Shown piece after piece: positions 39,898-51,313 of a DNA stretch of 64,000 nucleotides. Each line of letters begins with the position of its first letter. The stretch's first letter is position 1. Position numbers and translations under genes: made by a program. The notes beneath the pieces were generated by a model. That model saw only the letters and a program-made list of their open reading frames with translations, did no database searches and was not told the origin of the DNA. This stretch comes from an uncultured Pelagibacteraceae bacterium (GTDB lineage Bacteria > Pseudomonadota > Alphaproteobacteria > Pelagibacterales > Pelagibacteraceae), in NCBI GenBank assembly GCA_902609705.1, contig CACLSX010000001.1:17271-81270 (forward strand), in the 5' to 3' direction.

Positions 39898-41055
39898 ATG
39901 AAAACTAATTGGAATTATCCTACTACAATTTGGGTTGGAGAGAATAGGATTCAAGATTTAGGCATAGCCTGTAAAAATTTGAAAATTGATAAACCACTAT
40001 TTGTCACAGATAGGGATTTAATTAATCTAAAAATGATACAAGATATAATTAAAGATTTAAAAAAAACCCATAATCATCTTCAAGTTTTTTCAAATTTTTC
40101 AGGTAATCCTGTGGGTGAGAATGTGGAAGAGGGTGTAGGTGAGTTTAAGAAATTAGGTTGTGATGGAGTTATTGCATTTGGTGGTGGCAGCGGTCTTGAT
40201 GTAGGAAAAGCTATTGCTTTTATGTCAGGACAGTCTAGACCAATATGGGATTTTGAAGATATAGGTGATTATTGGAAAAGAGCAGATGAAACTAACATTG
40301 CACCTATCATTGCTGTACCCACTACAGCAGGGACAGGATCAGAAACTGGAAGAGCATCAGCTATAATCAATAAACAAACAGGTATAAAAAAAATTATTTT
40401 CCACCCAAAATTTTTACCTTCAATTGTAATTTTAGATCCTAGTTTAACTTTAGATCTTTCTCCAAGATTGACTGCAGCGACAGGTATGGATGCTTTGGCA
40501 CACAATTTAGAAGCTTTTTGTGCACCAGGATTTCACCCGATGGCTGACGGAATTGCGATTGAAGGAATGAAGTTAATTAAAAATTCATTAATTAAAGCAG
40601 TTAAGAACGGTAAAGATTTAAATGCTAGAGCAGAATTATTAGCTTCAGCTAGTATGGGTTCTACCGCTTTTCAAAAAGGGCTTGGTGCTATTCATTCTTT
40701 AAGCCACCCTATTAATGCACAATTTAATGTTCACCACGGTTTATCAAATGCAATCTTTATGCCTTATGTATTAACTTTTAACAAAGAAATGATTGAAAAA
40801 AGGATAATTTCTATATGTGATTATCTCGAACTCGATAAAAGTTTTGATAGTTTTTTACACTGGATTTTAGAACTAAGAAAAGAATTAAATATACCACATA
40901 AATTATCAGAAATTATTGATTTAAATAAAATAAATTTAGAGCAGCTATCAGTTATGGCTCTAGAAGATCCATCAACTTCTACCAATCCAAGGACAATGAG
41001 TAAGGATGACATGAAAGCACTTTATGAACACAGTATTTCAGGTAAATTATTTTAA
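39898..41055 (+). CDS. Iron-containing alcohol dehydrogenase
   Basis: AFGGGSGLDVGK, PTTAGTGSE, GMDALAH, HSLSH, HHG. Confidence 0.9.
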   Translation: MKTNWNYPTTIWVGENRIQDLGIACKNLKIDKPLFVTDRDLINLKMIQDIIKDLKKTHNHLQVFSNFSGNPVGENVEEGVGEFKKLGCDGVIAFGGGSGLDVGKAIAFMSGQSRPIWDFEDIGDYWKRADETNIAPIIAVPTTAGTGSETGRASAIINKQTGIKKIIFHPKFLPSIVILDPSLTLDLSPRLTAATGMDALAHNLEAFCAPGFHPMADGIAIEGMKLIKNSLIKAVKNGKDLNARAELLASASMGSTAFQKGLGAIHSLSHPINAQFNVHHGLSNAIFMPYVLTFNKEMIEKRIISICDYLELDKSFDSFLHWILELRKELNIPHKLSEIIDLNKINLEQLSVMALEDPSTSTNPRTMSKDDMKALYEHSISGKLF

Positions 41056-41837
41056 TGAAAAGAATTCTTATAGTTGAAGGCAACCTTAGAGAGGAAAATC
41101 AAAGCTTTACAGATGGTGGAATTAAAACTCATACTGAAAGTTTAAAAGATAGTATTAGTTATTTTACAGATCAATTAGAAATTGATGTTGTTAATCCTTC
41201 ATCAGATGAAAATATTAATGAAGTAGCTAAAGATTTAACTAAATATCATGGAATGATATGGGGTGGTAGTAGTTTAAATATTTACAATGATACTCCAGAA
41301 ATAAGAAGACAAATTAACTTTATGAGGGAATGTCAAAAGAATATAAAAAATATATTCGCAATATGTTGGGGAATGCAAGTTGCTGTGACTGTTGCTGGTG
41401 GCGAAGTAAAGAAATGCCCTAATGGCGCTCATAGGGGAATAGCTCATGACATAGAAATAAACGAAAACGGTCTTAAACATCCACTTTATAAAAATAAAAA
41501 TAAAAAATTTAATACCCCTGCATTTAATTTTGATGAAGTTGTAAAATTACCTGAGGGCTCTACATTACTTTCATCAAATCCAATAAATAAAGTCATGGGT
41601 ATAAATTTTAATGTTGGTTCAACAAATATATGGGGAATTCAATATCACCCAGAGATAACTTATGCCAAAATGATAAGCTTAATTCATTTTAGGAAAGATC
41701 GACTTTTAGAAAAAAAAGCATTTATTGACCAAATGGAAATAGACTCTCATGTAAAAATTATAGAAGATGAAAATAAAATTTCAAATAAAGATGCAAGGAT
41801 GAGAGAATTAGAAAATTGGCTAAATAATTTAAATTAG
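41055..41837 (+). CDS. Class I glutamine amidotransferase-like protein
   Basis: Triad motifs AICWGMQ and QYHPE; TAATG-coupled to the ADH. Confidence 0.85.
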   Translation: MKRILIVEGNLREENQSFTDGGIKTHTESLKDSISYFTDQLEIDVVNPSSDENINEVAKDLTKYHGMIWGGSSLNIYNDTPEIRRQINFMRECQKNIKNIFAICWGMQVAVTVAGGEVKKCPNGAHRGIAHDIEINENGLKHPLYKNKNKKFNTPAFNFDEVVKLPEGSTLLSSNPINKVMGINFNVGSTNIWGIQYHPEITYAKMISLIHFRKDRLLEKKAFIDQMEIDSHVKIIEDENKISNKDARMRELENWLNNLN

Positions 41838-43513
41838 AACAAGCCTTCTATTTCACCTTTTTCATTAAGCTTAATAGAGTCTGCTGCAGGAACCCTTGGG
41901 AGTCCAGGCATTGTCATGATTGCTCCACATATAACAACAATAAATTCTGCACCTGAAGATAATCTTACTTCTCTAATTGGTAATGAATGGCCTGTTGGAG
42001 CACCTTTTGCGTTTGGATCAGTAGAAAAACTATATTGTGTTTTCGCTACGCATATCGGTAAATTTCCATAACCCGCTTCTTCAAAAGATTTTAATTGATC
42101 TTTTATTTTACTGTCAGCAACAACTTCGTTTGCTCGATATATTTCTTTTGCAACAGTTTCAACTTTCTTTAACAAAGGTGTTTTTTCATCATATAAAAAT
42201 TTAAAATTTGCTTGTTTTTGATCAATTAAATCTACAACATGTGAAGCAAGTTCTTTTGTCCCTTCGCCACCATTTGACCAATGAGTGCATAAAGTAGCTT
42301 TAACTCCTATATTATCACAAGCATTTATTAACTCTTTTACTTCATTATCAGTATCAGCAACAAAATGATTAACAGCAACCGCTACCGGTAAACCAAATTT
42401 TTTTACATTTTCAATGTGTCTTTCTAAATTTACTAAACCTTTTTTTAACGCGTCTACATTTTCATTTTTTAAATCATCTTTAGCTACACCACCGTGCATT
42501 TTTAATGCTCTAATTGTTGCAACAATAACTACACACTCAGGTTTTAAATTTGATTTTCTACATTTAATATTTAGAAATTTTTCTGCTCCTAGGTCTGCTC
42601 CAAATCCAGCTTCAGTTACAACATAATCAGCTAGTTTTAAACCTGCTTTAGTTGCTATTACAGAGTTACAACCGTGCGCAATGTTTGCAAAAGGACCACC
42701 ATGAATAATTGCTGGATTATTTTCTAACGTTTGAGTTACGTTAGGCCTGATTGCTTCTTTTAACAAAACAGTCATTGGTCCCTGGGCATTTAAATCTTTT
42801 GCAAAAATAGGCTTTCTATCTCTAGTATAAGCAACTGTAATATTACCGATTCTCTTTTCCAAATCTTCAAGATCATTTGCTAAACAAAAGATAGCCATTA
42901 TCTCAGATGCTACTGTAATATCAAAACCGTCTTCTCTTGGAAAACCATTAGCAACTCCACCTAAATTAATATTGATAGATCTTAAAGATCTATCATTCAT
43001 ATCCATAACTCTTCTCCAAACCACTCTTCTTACATCTATGTTTAATTTATTTCCCCAATAAATATGATTATCAATTAACGCTGATAATAAATTGTGAGCA
43101 GATGTAATTGCATGGAAATCGCCCGTAAAATGTAAATTGATTTGTTCCATTGGAACAACTTGAGCATATCCTCCACCTGCTGCTCCGCCTTTCATTCCAA
43201 ATGATGGACCTAAACTAGGTTCACGTAAACATACTATAGAATTTTTACCAATTTTATTTAATCCATCATTTAAACCAACTGACGTAGTTGTCTTTCCCTC
43301 ACCTGCTGGAGTTGGTGTAATTGCAGTAACTAAAATTAATTTTCCATTTTGTTTATCTTTTAAACTATCCAAATATTCTAAATTTATTTTAGCAATATGA
43401 CGTCCCATAGGGCTAAAAGCACTTGGTTCGTCTGGAACATTAATTTTACCCAAAATCTCATTTATGGGTTTCATTTTTGCTTCTCGTGCAATTTGGATAT
43501 CTGATTTTGACAT
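41834..43513 (-). CDS. fhs: Formate--tetrahydrofolate ligase
   Basis: [49 protein letters not shown]. Confidence 0.97.
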   Translation of the reverse strand: MSKSDIQIAREAKMKPINEILGKINVPDEPSAFSPMGRHIAKINLEYLDSLKDKQNGKLILVTAITPTPAGEGKTTTSVGLNDGLNKIGKNSIVCLREPSLGPSFGMKGGAAGGGYAQVVPMEQINLHFTGDFHAITSAHNLLSALIDNHIYWGNKLNIDVRRVVWRRVMDMNDRSLRSININLGGVANGFPREDGFDITVASEIMAIFCLANDLEDLEKRIGNITVAYTRDRKPIFAKDLNAQGPMTVLLKEAIRPNVTQTLENNPAIIHGGPFANIAHGCNSVIATKAGLKLADYVVTEAGFGADLGAEKFLNIKCRKSNLKPECVVIVATIRALKMHGGVAKDDLKNENVDALKKGLVNLERHIENVKKFGLPVAVAVNHFVADTDNEVKELINACDNIGVKATLCTHWSNGGEGTKELASHVVDLIDQKQANFKFLYDEKTPLLKKVETVAKEIYRANEVVADSKIKDQLKSFEEAGYGNLPICVAKTQYSFSTDPNAKGAPTGHSLPIREVRLSSGAEFIVVICGAIMTMPGLPRVPAADSIKLNEKGEIEGLF

Positions 43514-43634
43514 AAATCTAATTACTTATTAATGAGCAGAATTACTATCCTTTTTTGTCACGTATTTAAACATCTAAAAAATATATATAAAAAAAATTAG
43601 CAAAAACTTATATTTAATTTTATAAAACTTACGG

Positions 43635-44891
43635 ATGCAGAAATATTCAGTATTTAGTCTAATCAAAAATGCTTTCTCCAATCACCAAAATTGGGAAGTC
43701 GCTTGGAAAGATCCAACTCCAAAAAGTGAATATGATGTAGTCATTATTGGAGGCGGAGGACACGGTCTTGCTACTGCATATTATTTAGCAAAAGAACATA
43801 ATATTAGAAATGTAGCTATCATTGAGAAAGGCTGGATTGGTGGTGGAAATGTTGGTCGAAATACAACGATCATAAGATCAAATTTTATGTACGATGCTAA
43901 TGCAAGATTTAATGAATTTGGAATGGATCTATGGAGAAACTTAAGTCAAGAACTGAACTTTAATGTGATGTTTTCTCCAAGGGGAATAATAAACTTAGCC
44001 CATTCAGATGCTCAAATGAATGCATATGCTCGAAGAGGTAACTCTATGAGATTAAATGGAATAGATGCAAAGTTATTGGATAGAGACGAAGTTAAAAAAT
44101 TAATTCCAATGGCTGACTTTAGTGATGAAGTACGTTTCCCAATTTTTGGAGGCTTAATGCAACCAAGCGCTGGTACCGCAAGACATGACGCTGTTGCTTG
44201 GGGTTATGCACGTCAAGCAGATGATATGGGAGTAGATATAATACAACATTGTGAGGTCACTGGTTTTGATGTTGTTAACGGAAAGATAAAAGGAATTAGA
44301 ACTTCAAGAGGAGATATTAAAGCAAAAAAAGTTGGATTATGTGTTGCGGGTAGCACAAATATTTTAGCTGAAAAATTAAATATGACACTGCCAATAGAAA
44401 CTCATGTGCTGCAAGCTTGTGTTTCAGAACCTGTAAAACCATTATTAGACGGAGTAGTAACTTTTGGTGCAGGCCACTTTTATATAAGTCAATCAGACAA
44501 AGGTGAGATGGTAATGGGAGGTGATCTTGATGGATATAATAGTTATGCTCAAAGAGGTAACTTGCCAACTATACAACATGTATTGACAGGTGGCTTAGCT
44601 TTGTTTCCATTTTTAAGTAGATTAAAAATGTTAAGGACATGGGGAGGGATTATGGATATGTCTATGGATGGTTCTCCAATAATTGATAAAACTCATATTG
44701 AAGGTTTATATTTAAACTGCGGATGGTGTTATGGGGGTTTTAAATCAACCCCTGTCTCAGGTTGGACATTTGCTCATACAATTGCACAAGATCAAGTTCA
44801 TGAATTAAATTCAGAATTAAGATTAAATAGATTTTCTACAGGCCATCTTTTAGATGAAAAAGGTTTAGGAACCAAAACCTGGATTGGTTAA
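43635..44891 (+). CDS. soxB: Heterotetrameric sarcosine oxidase beta / N-methylglutamate dehydrogenase subunit
   Basis: GGGGHGLATAYYLA, GRNTTIIRSN, ARHDAVAWGYAR, GWCYGGFK; in context plausibly MgdA. Confidence 0.9.
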   Translation: MQKYSVFSLIKNAFSNHQNWEVAWKDPTPKSEYDVVIIGGGGHGLATAYYLAKEHNIRNVAIIEKGWIGGGNVGRNTTIIRSNFMYDANARFNEFGMDLWRNLSQELNFNVMFSPRGIINLAHSDAQMNAYARRGNSMRLNGIDAKLLDRDEVKKLIPMADFSDEVRFPIFGGLMQPSAGTARHDAVAWGYARQADDMGVDIIQHCEVTGFDVVNGKIKGIRTSRGDIKAKKVGLCVAGSTNILAEKLNMTLPIETHVLQACVSEPVKPLLDGVVTFGAGHFYISQSDKGEMVMGGDLDGYNSYAQRGNLPTIQHVLTGGLALFPFLSRLKMLRTWGGIMDMSMDGSPIIDKTHIEGLYLNCGWCYGGFKSTPVSGWTFAHTIAQDQVHELNSELRLNRFSTGHLLDEKGLGTKTWIG

Positions 44892-44894
44892 AAA

Positions 44895-45164
44895 ATGTTA
44901 TACATCAAATGTCCTTATTGCGGTTTAAGAGCACAAAAAGAATTTTCATATGGAGGTGATGCAACTGTAAAAAGACCTAATATAAATGAAGAAGTATCAA
45001 GCGAGGATTGGGATAATTTTGTTTATATGAGAAAAAGTCCAAGAGGGAAACATATAGAGTTATGGCAACATATAGCTGGATGTAGACAATGGATTAAGGT
45101 TCAAAGAGACACTGCTACACATGAAATTTTTCAAACAGCAAAAGTTACAGAAGAAATAAGATGA
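44895..45164 (+). CDS. soxD: Sarcosine oxidase delta subunit
   Basis: CPYCG.R...EF, W.H..GC..W. Confidence 0.9.
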   Translation: MLYIKCPYCGLRAQKEFSYGGDATVKRPNINEEVSSEDWDNFVYMRKSPRGKHIELWQHIAGCRQWIKVQRDTATHEIFQTAKVTEEIR

Positions 45165-48157
45165 GCCAACCATTTAGATTAAATAAAGAGGGATTAATTA
45201 ATCGAAACAAAAAAATATCTTTTACTTTTAATGGTAAAAAATTATTTGGATATGAAGGTGATACAATTGCATCTGCTTTAATAGCAAATGGAATACACTT
45301 GGTCGGTAGAAGTTTTAAATATCATAGACCGAGAGGTTTTTTTGGTGCAGGAGTAGAGGAACCAAACGCAAAACTACAGGTAGAATTCAATGGTCATTCA
45401 GAGCCAAATGTTAATGCAACAGAAATGGAACTCGTTGAAGGTTTGTCTGCAACGAGCCAAAACTGTTGGCCATCAGTAAATTTTGATGTTGGTGCAATTA
45501 ATAATTTTTTAAAAATGTTTTTCCCTGCTGGGTTTTATTACAAAACATTTATGTGGCCTAAAAGTTTCTGGTACAAAATTTACGAACCTTTCATTAGAAA
45601 GGCCGCAGGATTAGGGGTTGCTTCGATAGAAAAAGATAAAGAAAGATATGAACATAAATTTGAGTATTGCGATTTGTTAGTTACTGGATCCGGACCCTCT
45701 GGATTAGCAAGTGCTTATGCTGCTGCAAAAAATGGAGCAAAAGTAATTTTAGCTGAGGATAAACCAAGATTTGGAGGAACACTTTTAACCGACGATGTAA
45801 GCATCGATAATTTATCAGGAAAAGATTGGGCAGAAAAAATAATTAGTGAATTAAAATCCATGCCTAATGTAACTGTAAAAAATAGATCTCAAGTTTTTGG
45901 TTACTATGATCATAATATGCTGGTTATGTTTGAGAGAGTTAGTGATCATTTAGAGAAAAAATCAAAATTTACTCCAAGACAAAGACTTTGGTATATTAGA
46001 GCCAAAGAAACAATTTTATCAACTGGTTCAATTGAAAGACCAATTGTATTCGGAAACAATGATACTCCAGGAATTTTTTTATCAGCAGCTGCAAAAGAAT
46101 ATATGAAAGTCTACGGAGTTTTAGTAGGAAAAAAACCTTTAATATTTACTAATAACGATAGTGCATATGAAACAGCTTTAGAGTTCAAAAAAAATAATGT
46201 TGAACCAATTATATTAGATACTAGAGAAGAACATTCATCAGAATTAATCGATGAAGCTAAATCAAAAGGAATTGATATAAGATTTTCTCATGGTGTTATT
46301 GTTGCTAATGGGTACAAAAAAGTTAAATCTGCAAAAATTGGCAAACTGAATAAAGATAAAAATTCTTTTGAAAAAATAGAAACTGTAGATTGTGATTGTA
46401 TTTGTGTGTCTGGATTTTGGACACCATCTGTACATTTAGCATCACAATCAGGAAATAAACTTAAGTATGAAGAAAAAATTGATGCATTTATTCCTGATAA
46501 GAAAAAACAACATGAGACCTCAGTTGGCGCAGCAAATGGATCATTTACATTAGAAGAAAGTTTAAAACATGGTTTTGAAAATGGTTCAAATCTTTCTGCT
46601 AAAATTACAGATACTAAAACAGAAATTGCAATTCCAAATGTAAATGAAAAAAAATATGGTGCTCATGATAAATTTTGGTGTATGCCGTTACCTAAAAATG
46701 AAAATTCAAAAAGATTTGTTGACTTTCAAAATGATGTATCTGTTTCTGATATAGAAATCGCACTAAGAGAAGGTTACAGATCAATAGAGCACGTCAAAAG
46801 ATATACAACTCTTGGAATGGCAACAGATCAAGGGCGTACAAGTAATTTAAATGGTCTTCAATTGGTATCTAATATAGAAAATAAAATAGTTCCTGAAGTA
46901 GGACACACAACATTTAGACCACCTTTCACACCAATTACAATCGGGACAATAGTTGGTCGTGAAGTTGGTATGGAATATATGCCGACTAGAAAAACTCCAA
47001 TGCATGAATGGCATGAGAAAAATAATGCTGTATTTGTTGATGCAGGTGCTTGGAAAAGACCTCGATATTACAAACAAGGAAGTGAAACTTTATTTGAAGC
47101 CTCTAAGAGAGAAGCGAAAAATGTTAGAGAGAACGTTGGTATCTGCGATGTAACAACATTAGGAAAAATTGATATTAAAGGTCCAGACGCAGCAGAATTT
47201 TTAAATAGAGTTTATACAAATGCTTGGATGAAATTACCTGTTGGAAAAGCAAGATATGGATTAATGCTCAGAGAAGATGGAATTGTCATGGACGATGGAA
47301 CAACAACAAGAATTTCAGAAAATCATTATCATATGACTACTACAACAGCACAAGCCGCAAATGTTTTATCTCACTTAGAATATTATCTTCAAATTGTTTG
47401 GCCAGAATTAAACGTAAATGTTGTTTCTACAACTGAGCAATGGGCAGGAGCTGCAATTGCTGGACCTAAATCTAGAGACATGTTGTCAAAATTATATACA
47501 GACCTGGACGTATCAAATGATGCTTTGCCTTTTATGGGCTATAAAGAAGCAGAATTTTTTGGTGTTCCATCAAGAATTTTTAGAATTTCATTTTCTGGTG
47601 AGCTTGCATATGAGATTAATGTCAAATCAGATCATGGAATTTTCATGTGGGAGAAAATGATGGAAGTAGGAAAAGAGTTTGGAAATCAGCCTTATGGAAC
47701 TGAAGCTTTATCAACATTAAGAATTGAAATGGGACACGTTGCAGGACCAGAATTAGATGGCCGAACAATCCCATCAGATGTTTCATTAAATGGATTAGTT
47801 TCAAAGAAAAAAGATTTTATTGGCAAAAATTCTTTAGGAAGAGAGGCATTTAATGTTGAGAGCAGACAAAAAATTGTTGGACTTATTCCAATTGATAGAA
47901 AGTCTAGTATTCCTGAAGGATCTCATATCGTTCAAGACCAGAATGCAAAATTACCTAATCCTAAACTTGGTCACGTCTCTTCTTCTTGTTGGAGTGTAGA
48001 AAATAATAATCCATTTTCTCTAGCAATTATGAAAGATGGAAAAAACATGATAGGTAAAAAGTTTTTTGCGGTATCACCATTAAAAAATAAATCAATTGAA
48101 GTAGAAGTTATATCTTCACATTATGTTGACCCAGAAGGAAAAAGGGTTAGATCATGA
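45161..48157 (+). CDS. soxA: Sarcosine oxidase alpha subunit
   Basis: GRSFKYHRPRG, FVDFQNDV, KRYTTLGMATDQG, C-terminal GcvT domain. Confidence 0.93.
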   Translation: MSQPFRLNKEGLINRNKKISFTFNGKKLFGYEGDTIASALIANGIHLVGRSFKYHRPRGFFGAGVEEPNAKLQVEFNGHSEPNVNATEMELVEGLSATSQNCWPSVNFDVGAINNFLKMFFPAGFYYKTFMWPKSFWYKIYEPFIRKAAGLGVASIEKDKERYEHKFEYCDLLVTGSGPSGLASAYAAAKNGAKVILAEDKPRFGGTLLTDDVSIDNLSGKDWAEKIISELKSMPNVTVKNRSQVFGYYDHNMLVMFERVSDHLEKKSKFTPRQRLWYIRAKETILSTGSIERPIVFGNNDTPGIFLSAAAKEYMKVYGVLVGKKPLIFTNNDSAYETALEFKKNNVEPIILDTREEHSSELIDEAKSKGIDIRFSHGVIVANGYKKVKSAKIGKLNKDKNSFEKIETVDCDCICVSGFWTPSVHLASQSGNKLKYEEKIDAFIPDKKKQHETSVGAANGSFTLEESLKHGFENGSNLSAKITDTKTEIAIPNVNEKKYGAHDKFWCMPLPKNENSKRFVDFQNDVSVSDIEIALREGYRSIEHVKRYTTLGMATDQGRTSNLNGLQLVSNIENKIVPEVGHTTFRPPFTPITIGTIVGREVGMEYMPTRKTPMHEWHEKNNAVFVDAGAWKRPRYYKQGSETLFEASKREAKNVRENVGICDVTTLGKIDIKGPDAAEFLNRVYTNAWMKLPVGKARYGLMLREDGIVMDDGTTTRISENHYHMTTTTAQAANVLSHLEYYLQIVWPELNVNVVSTTEQWAGAAIAGPKSRDMLSKLYTDLDVSNDALPFMGYKEAEFFGVPSRIFRISFSGELAYEINVKSDHGIFMWEKMMEVGKEFGNQPYGTEALSTLRIEMGHVAGPELDGRTIPSDVSLNGLVSKKKDFIGKNSLGREAFNVESRQKIVGLIPIDRKSSIPEGSHIVQDQNAKLPNPKLGHVSSSCWSVENNNPFSLAIMKDGKNMIGKKFFAVSPLKNKSIEVEVISSHYVDPEGKRVRS

Positions 48158-48732
48158 AAACTGTTTCTGCACTAGAAAATATTCATAAACATGGATTGTT
48201 TGGCAATCACGATAGCAAAGATGAACTAATAAATATTAGGGAAATTAAAGATATTTTGATTTATCAAATTGTTAAATATAAAAAATCTTCAATTAGTATT
48301 GATAAAATAAAAATAGATAATTTAAATTTACCTCAGACTCTTTTGGTATCTTCAAATCCTAATACAAGAATTTTATGGATGGGACCTGATAATTGGTTAG
48401 TTGTTTCAACGAATAAAGAAATAGAAAAATCTATTTTAGAAAACCTAAGTCATGATGATTTTGCATTAACTGATCTATCTCATTCAAGAACAATACTTGA
48501 ATTAGAAGGTTCTTTGGTAGATGAAGTATTGAAAAAAGGCTGTCCGTTAAATTTAGATGGTCTTGATGAAGGAAAATGTTCTAATTCTGCTTTTCATGCG
48601 ATTACAATAACTATTGATTTTATTAGTTCAAATCCAAGAAAAGTAAGAATATTTGCTTTAAGAAGTTTTGGTGAATCTCTTTATCATTCAATAACTGATG
48701 CTTGTTTAGAATTTGGCTATAAAGCTGAATAA
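48154..48732 (+). CDS. soxG: Sarcosine oxidase gamma subunit
   Basis: LWMGPDNWL, DLSH.R, L.KGCPL, RSF; fourth gene of the operon. Confidence 0.85.
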   Translation: MKTVSALENIHKHGLFGNHDSKDELINIREIKDILIYQIVKYKKSSISIDKIKIDNLNLPQTLLVSSNPNTRILWMGPDNWLVVSTNKEIEKSILENLSHDDFALTDLSHSRTILELEGSLVDEVLKKGCPLNLDGLDEGKCSNSAFHAITITIDFISSNPRKVRIFALRSFGESLYHSITDACLEFGYKAE

Positions 48733-48735
48733 AAA

Positions 48736-50352
48736 TTATTCTGAAGTTTTAAATTTAGTTCTTTGAATAATAACCACAAACACAATTGGAATTATTAAAG
48801 TTATTAGTGTTACTGTTATCAACAAAATACCTAGATCTGAATAATCGGCAGTGGTAAGAATAGCGTTTGTTACCTTATCTTTTACCTCTCTAGTAATAAC
48901 ATAAATTTCATTTAAATATTTAGTCCCTAAAGCACTTGCTGATAAAGCAAGATTTGTAAAAGATGCGAATACTGCAAAGAAAGTTGCTTTTAAGTGCGAA
49001 GGTGCATTTTTAGCAATCCATGCAAGCAAAGGTATCATTGAGACTTGTCCCAAAGGTGACTCAAGTGCAGTATTTAATATTGCAATAAACTTGGCATCAA
49101 CAACTCCATTAGTAATTGATGATGTCCAATTGTGAAATCCATAATACATTCCTACACTTGGTAAAAATAAAATTGCACCTGCAACAGATAAAATCACTAT
49201 TATTCTAGCTATTGAGTTGTTTGCCATAAATGGTCTTAATAAAATAATACCAACAAGCGTTAAAACAGAGGCTATAAGAGATAATACAGAAAAAAATTGT
49301 TCATTGAATTCAAGTACATCAATTTCAAACCACGATAAACCTGGACCAGGTCCTGGCATTGCTCTAAAAATAAAAATTATTATTGCCGTTCCTACAACAG
49401 TAAGTCTTAAATCTTGAGGAAGTTCTTTAACTAATTTATTCATTAAAAATAGAATAATTGCCATTGAACCTACAAAAACAATTTCTTGAGCAAAAGGCAC
49501 TTTGAATGATCCAATACCTAAAGTGAAGATAACAAAAACCAAGCTTCCACCTAATATCCACCAGTTAACTTCAGTTTTCTCTGAAGGAGCATAATCTTGG
49601 TCACCCTCTAAACCTTGTTCAATAAGTTTTTTTTTCTTTTGATTTTTTAGATATGAAGCAAGAAATATTCCTAGTACAGATACAATTGGAATAATTAAAG
49701 CATATATATAAATTGAACCGTATAAACTTATCTTATCTGCTTGTTCAAGTTCGTCTACTCCTTTAAAGAGAATTACATTAGCTAAAGCAACTAAAACAGT
49801 TCCACCAATTATTGCAAACCTTCCAAGAGTTTGCATTGTTGTATGCATAAGTTTGATTTCATCTCTTGAAAATTTATTTCCGCTGTCATCAACTAAAGGA
49901 ACTGCTTCTACAGTCATCGCATCAGCTACAACATCTTGCACAACATAACCAATCGGAGCAAGTAAAACACTGATCACAAACCATGTTTCTACCGAAAGAA
50001 TTGATGACATCCATTCAGTATGAATTATTAAACCGTACATTATAATTAAACTTAATGAGATTAAGGATGCTCCAACAAAAACCATGTAATTTTTTTTATT
50101 CCAGATTAGATCAACAAGATGACCTAAAGGCATCTTCAATGCCCATGGAATTCCAGCCCAAAAACCCAGTCCAGCAAGAAAAGCAGCAGATAAGTTTAGA
50201 TAGTCTTTAACAAAAAAAGTTCCAACAATACCTGTTAGTCCTGAAATACCAGCAGCAAGATAAATCATCAATGGTGGTAGATAGGTCCACTTAAACTGTC
50301 TTCCTAAATCTATTAAAGTACTATCTATAAATCTCAAAATTTTATTACTCAT
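48736..50352 (-). CDS. MFS transporter, BT1/folate-biopterin-like
   Basis: About 12 TM segments; PWALK...G...D, DVVADA..VE, ATFFA..ASFTNLA. Confidence 0.65.
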   Translation of the reverse strand: MSNKILRFIDSTLIDLGRQFKWTYLPPLMIYLAAGISGLTGIVGTFFVKDYLNLSAAFLAGLGFWAGIPWALKMPLGHLVDLIWNKKNYMVFVGASLISLSLIIMYGLIIHTEWMSSILSVETWFVISVLLAPIGYVVQDVVADAMTVEAVPLVDDSGNKFSRDEIKLMHTTMQTLGRFAIIGGTVLVALANVILFKGVDELEQADKISLYGSIYIYALIIPIVSVLGIFLASYLKNQKKKKLIEQGLEGDQDYAPSEKTEVNWWILGGSLVFVIFTLGIGSFKVPFAQEIVFVGSMAIILFLMNKLVKELPQDLRLTVVGTAIIIFIFRAMPGPGPGLSWFEIDVLEFNEQFFSVLSLIASVLTLVGIILLRPFMANNSIARIIVILSVAGAILFLPSVGMYYGFHNWTSSITNGVVDAKFIAILNTALESPLGQVSMIPLLAWIAKNAPSHLKATFFAVFASFTNLALSASALGTKYLNEIYVITREVKDKVTNAILTTADYSDLGILLITVTLITLIIPIVFVVIIQRTKFKTSE

Positions 50353-50355
50353 AAA

Positions 50356-50796
50356 TTATTCTGTTAAATTTAATAATATTAATCCATTTTGTTTAGTTTC
50401 TTTACACCACAGCTCATAGCTTTCACAAACTCTCCACAAATGATCAAATGCTCTTTGAGATAATTCTAAAGGAAAGTGACTTTTTGCATAATATAATTTT
50501 GGGATTTTCATTAATTGTTTAATCATAGTATCTTTTTGTATTTCTAAAAGTCTTATAGTTTCTTGATTAATCTTTTTTTTTGTAGATTTATCTACGTAGT
50601 CATTGCTCTCAAGTTCTTTAAACCACTTATCATGAAAATTTCCTGAACTAATTTCATTATAATCATCTGATGCAATAAATATTTCAAAAGCTTGAATATT
50701 AGTTAAATTAGGGTTCTTAATTTTGATTTCATATATCTTTTGATAAATGATTTCGGCAACATATAATACAAATGGTCTCGATTTATCAGTTTCCAA
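50356..50796 (-). CDS. Hypothetical protein
   Basis: TTG start with SD AGGAG; fills the gap between same-strand genes. Confidence 0.65.
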   Translation of the reverse strand: METDKSRPFVLYVAEIIYQKIYEIKIKNPNLTNIQAFEIFIASDDYNEISSGNFHDKWFKELESNDYVDKSTKKKINQETIRLLEIQKDTMIKQLMKIPKLYYAKSHFPLELSQRAFDHLWRVCESYELWCKETKQNGLILLNLTE

Positions 50797-50806
50797 ACTA
50801 AACTCC

Positions 50807-51277
50807 TCAAATATCTACTGAATAATAACATGAATTTGGATCATCTTTATAGTGCGCAAATGGCCCACACTCTTTGAAACCAAAACTTTTAAAAAGTTTT
50901 CTAGCAGGTGCAAAAAAATCACCTGCACCAGTTTCGACACTTAGTTTAGTGATTCCTATTTGTTTAGATTTTTCAATAAGATGTGAAATTATTTTTCCAC
51001 CATATTTTTTATTTCTAAACTTATCTGAAACTCTTATAGATTTAAATTCTCCATGTGTTTCATCAAATAATTTTAAAGCTCCACAACCAATTAATTCATT
51101 ATTTTCCCATAAACTCCAAAATTTTATACTTGGATCCTTTAATCCAGGTATATCTAATACATGCGAACTCCCCTCAGGAGAAACTGATCTCAATTCAATA
51201 AAATGCTTAGTTAGCAACTCATTTACTTGCGGATCATCAAAATTATTTTCTATTGATTTCATAGTTTTGAAAAACAT
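50807..51277 (-). CDS. GNAT N-acetyltransferase
   Basis: GCGALK, GEFKSIR, R.K.YG, LSVETG, FGF..CGPF..Y. Confidence 0.88.
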   Translation of the reverse strand: MFFKTMKSIENNFDDPQVNELLTKHFIELRSVSPEGSSHVLDIPGLKDPSIKFWSLWENNELIGCGALKLFDETHGEFKSIRVSDKFRNKKYGGKIISHLIEKSKQIGITKLSVETGAGDFFAPARKLFKSFGFKECGPFAHYKDDPNSCYYSVDI

Positions 51278-51313
51278 ATAATCTAAATTTAGATTAAACC
51301 AAGAAAATTAAAT

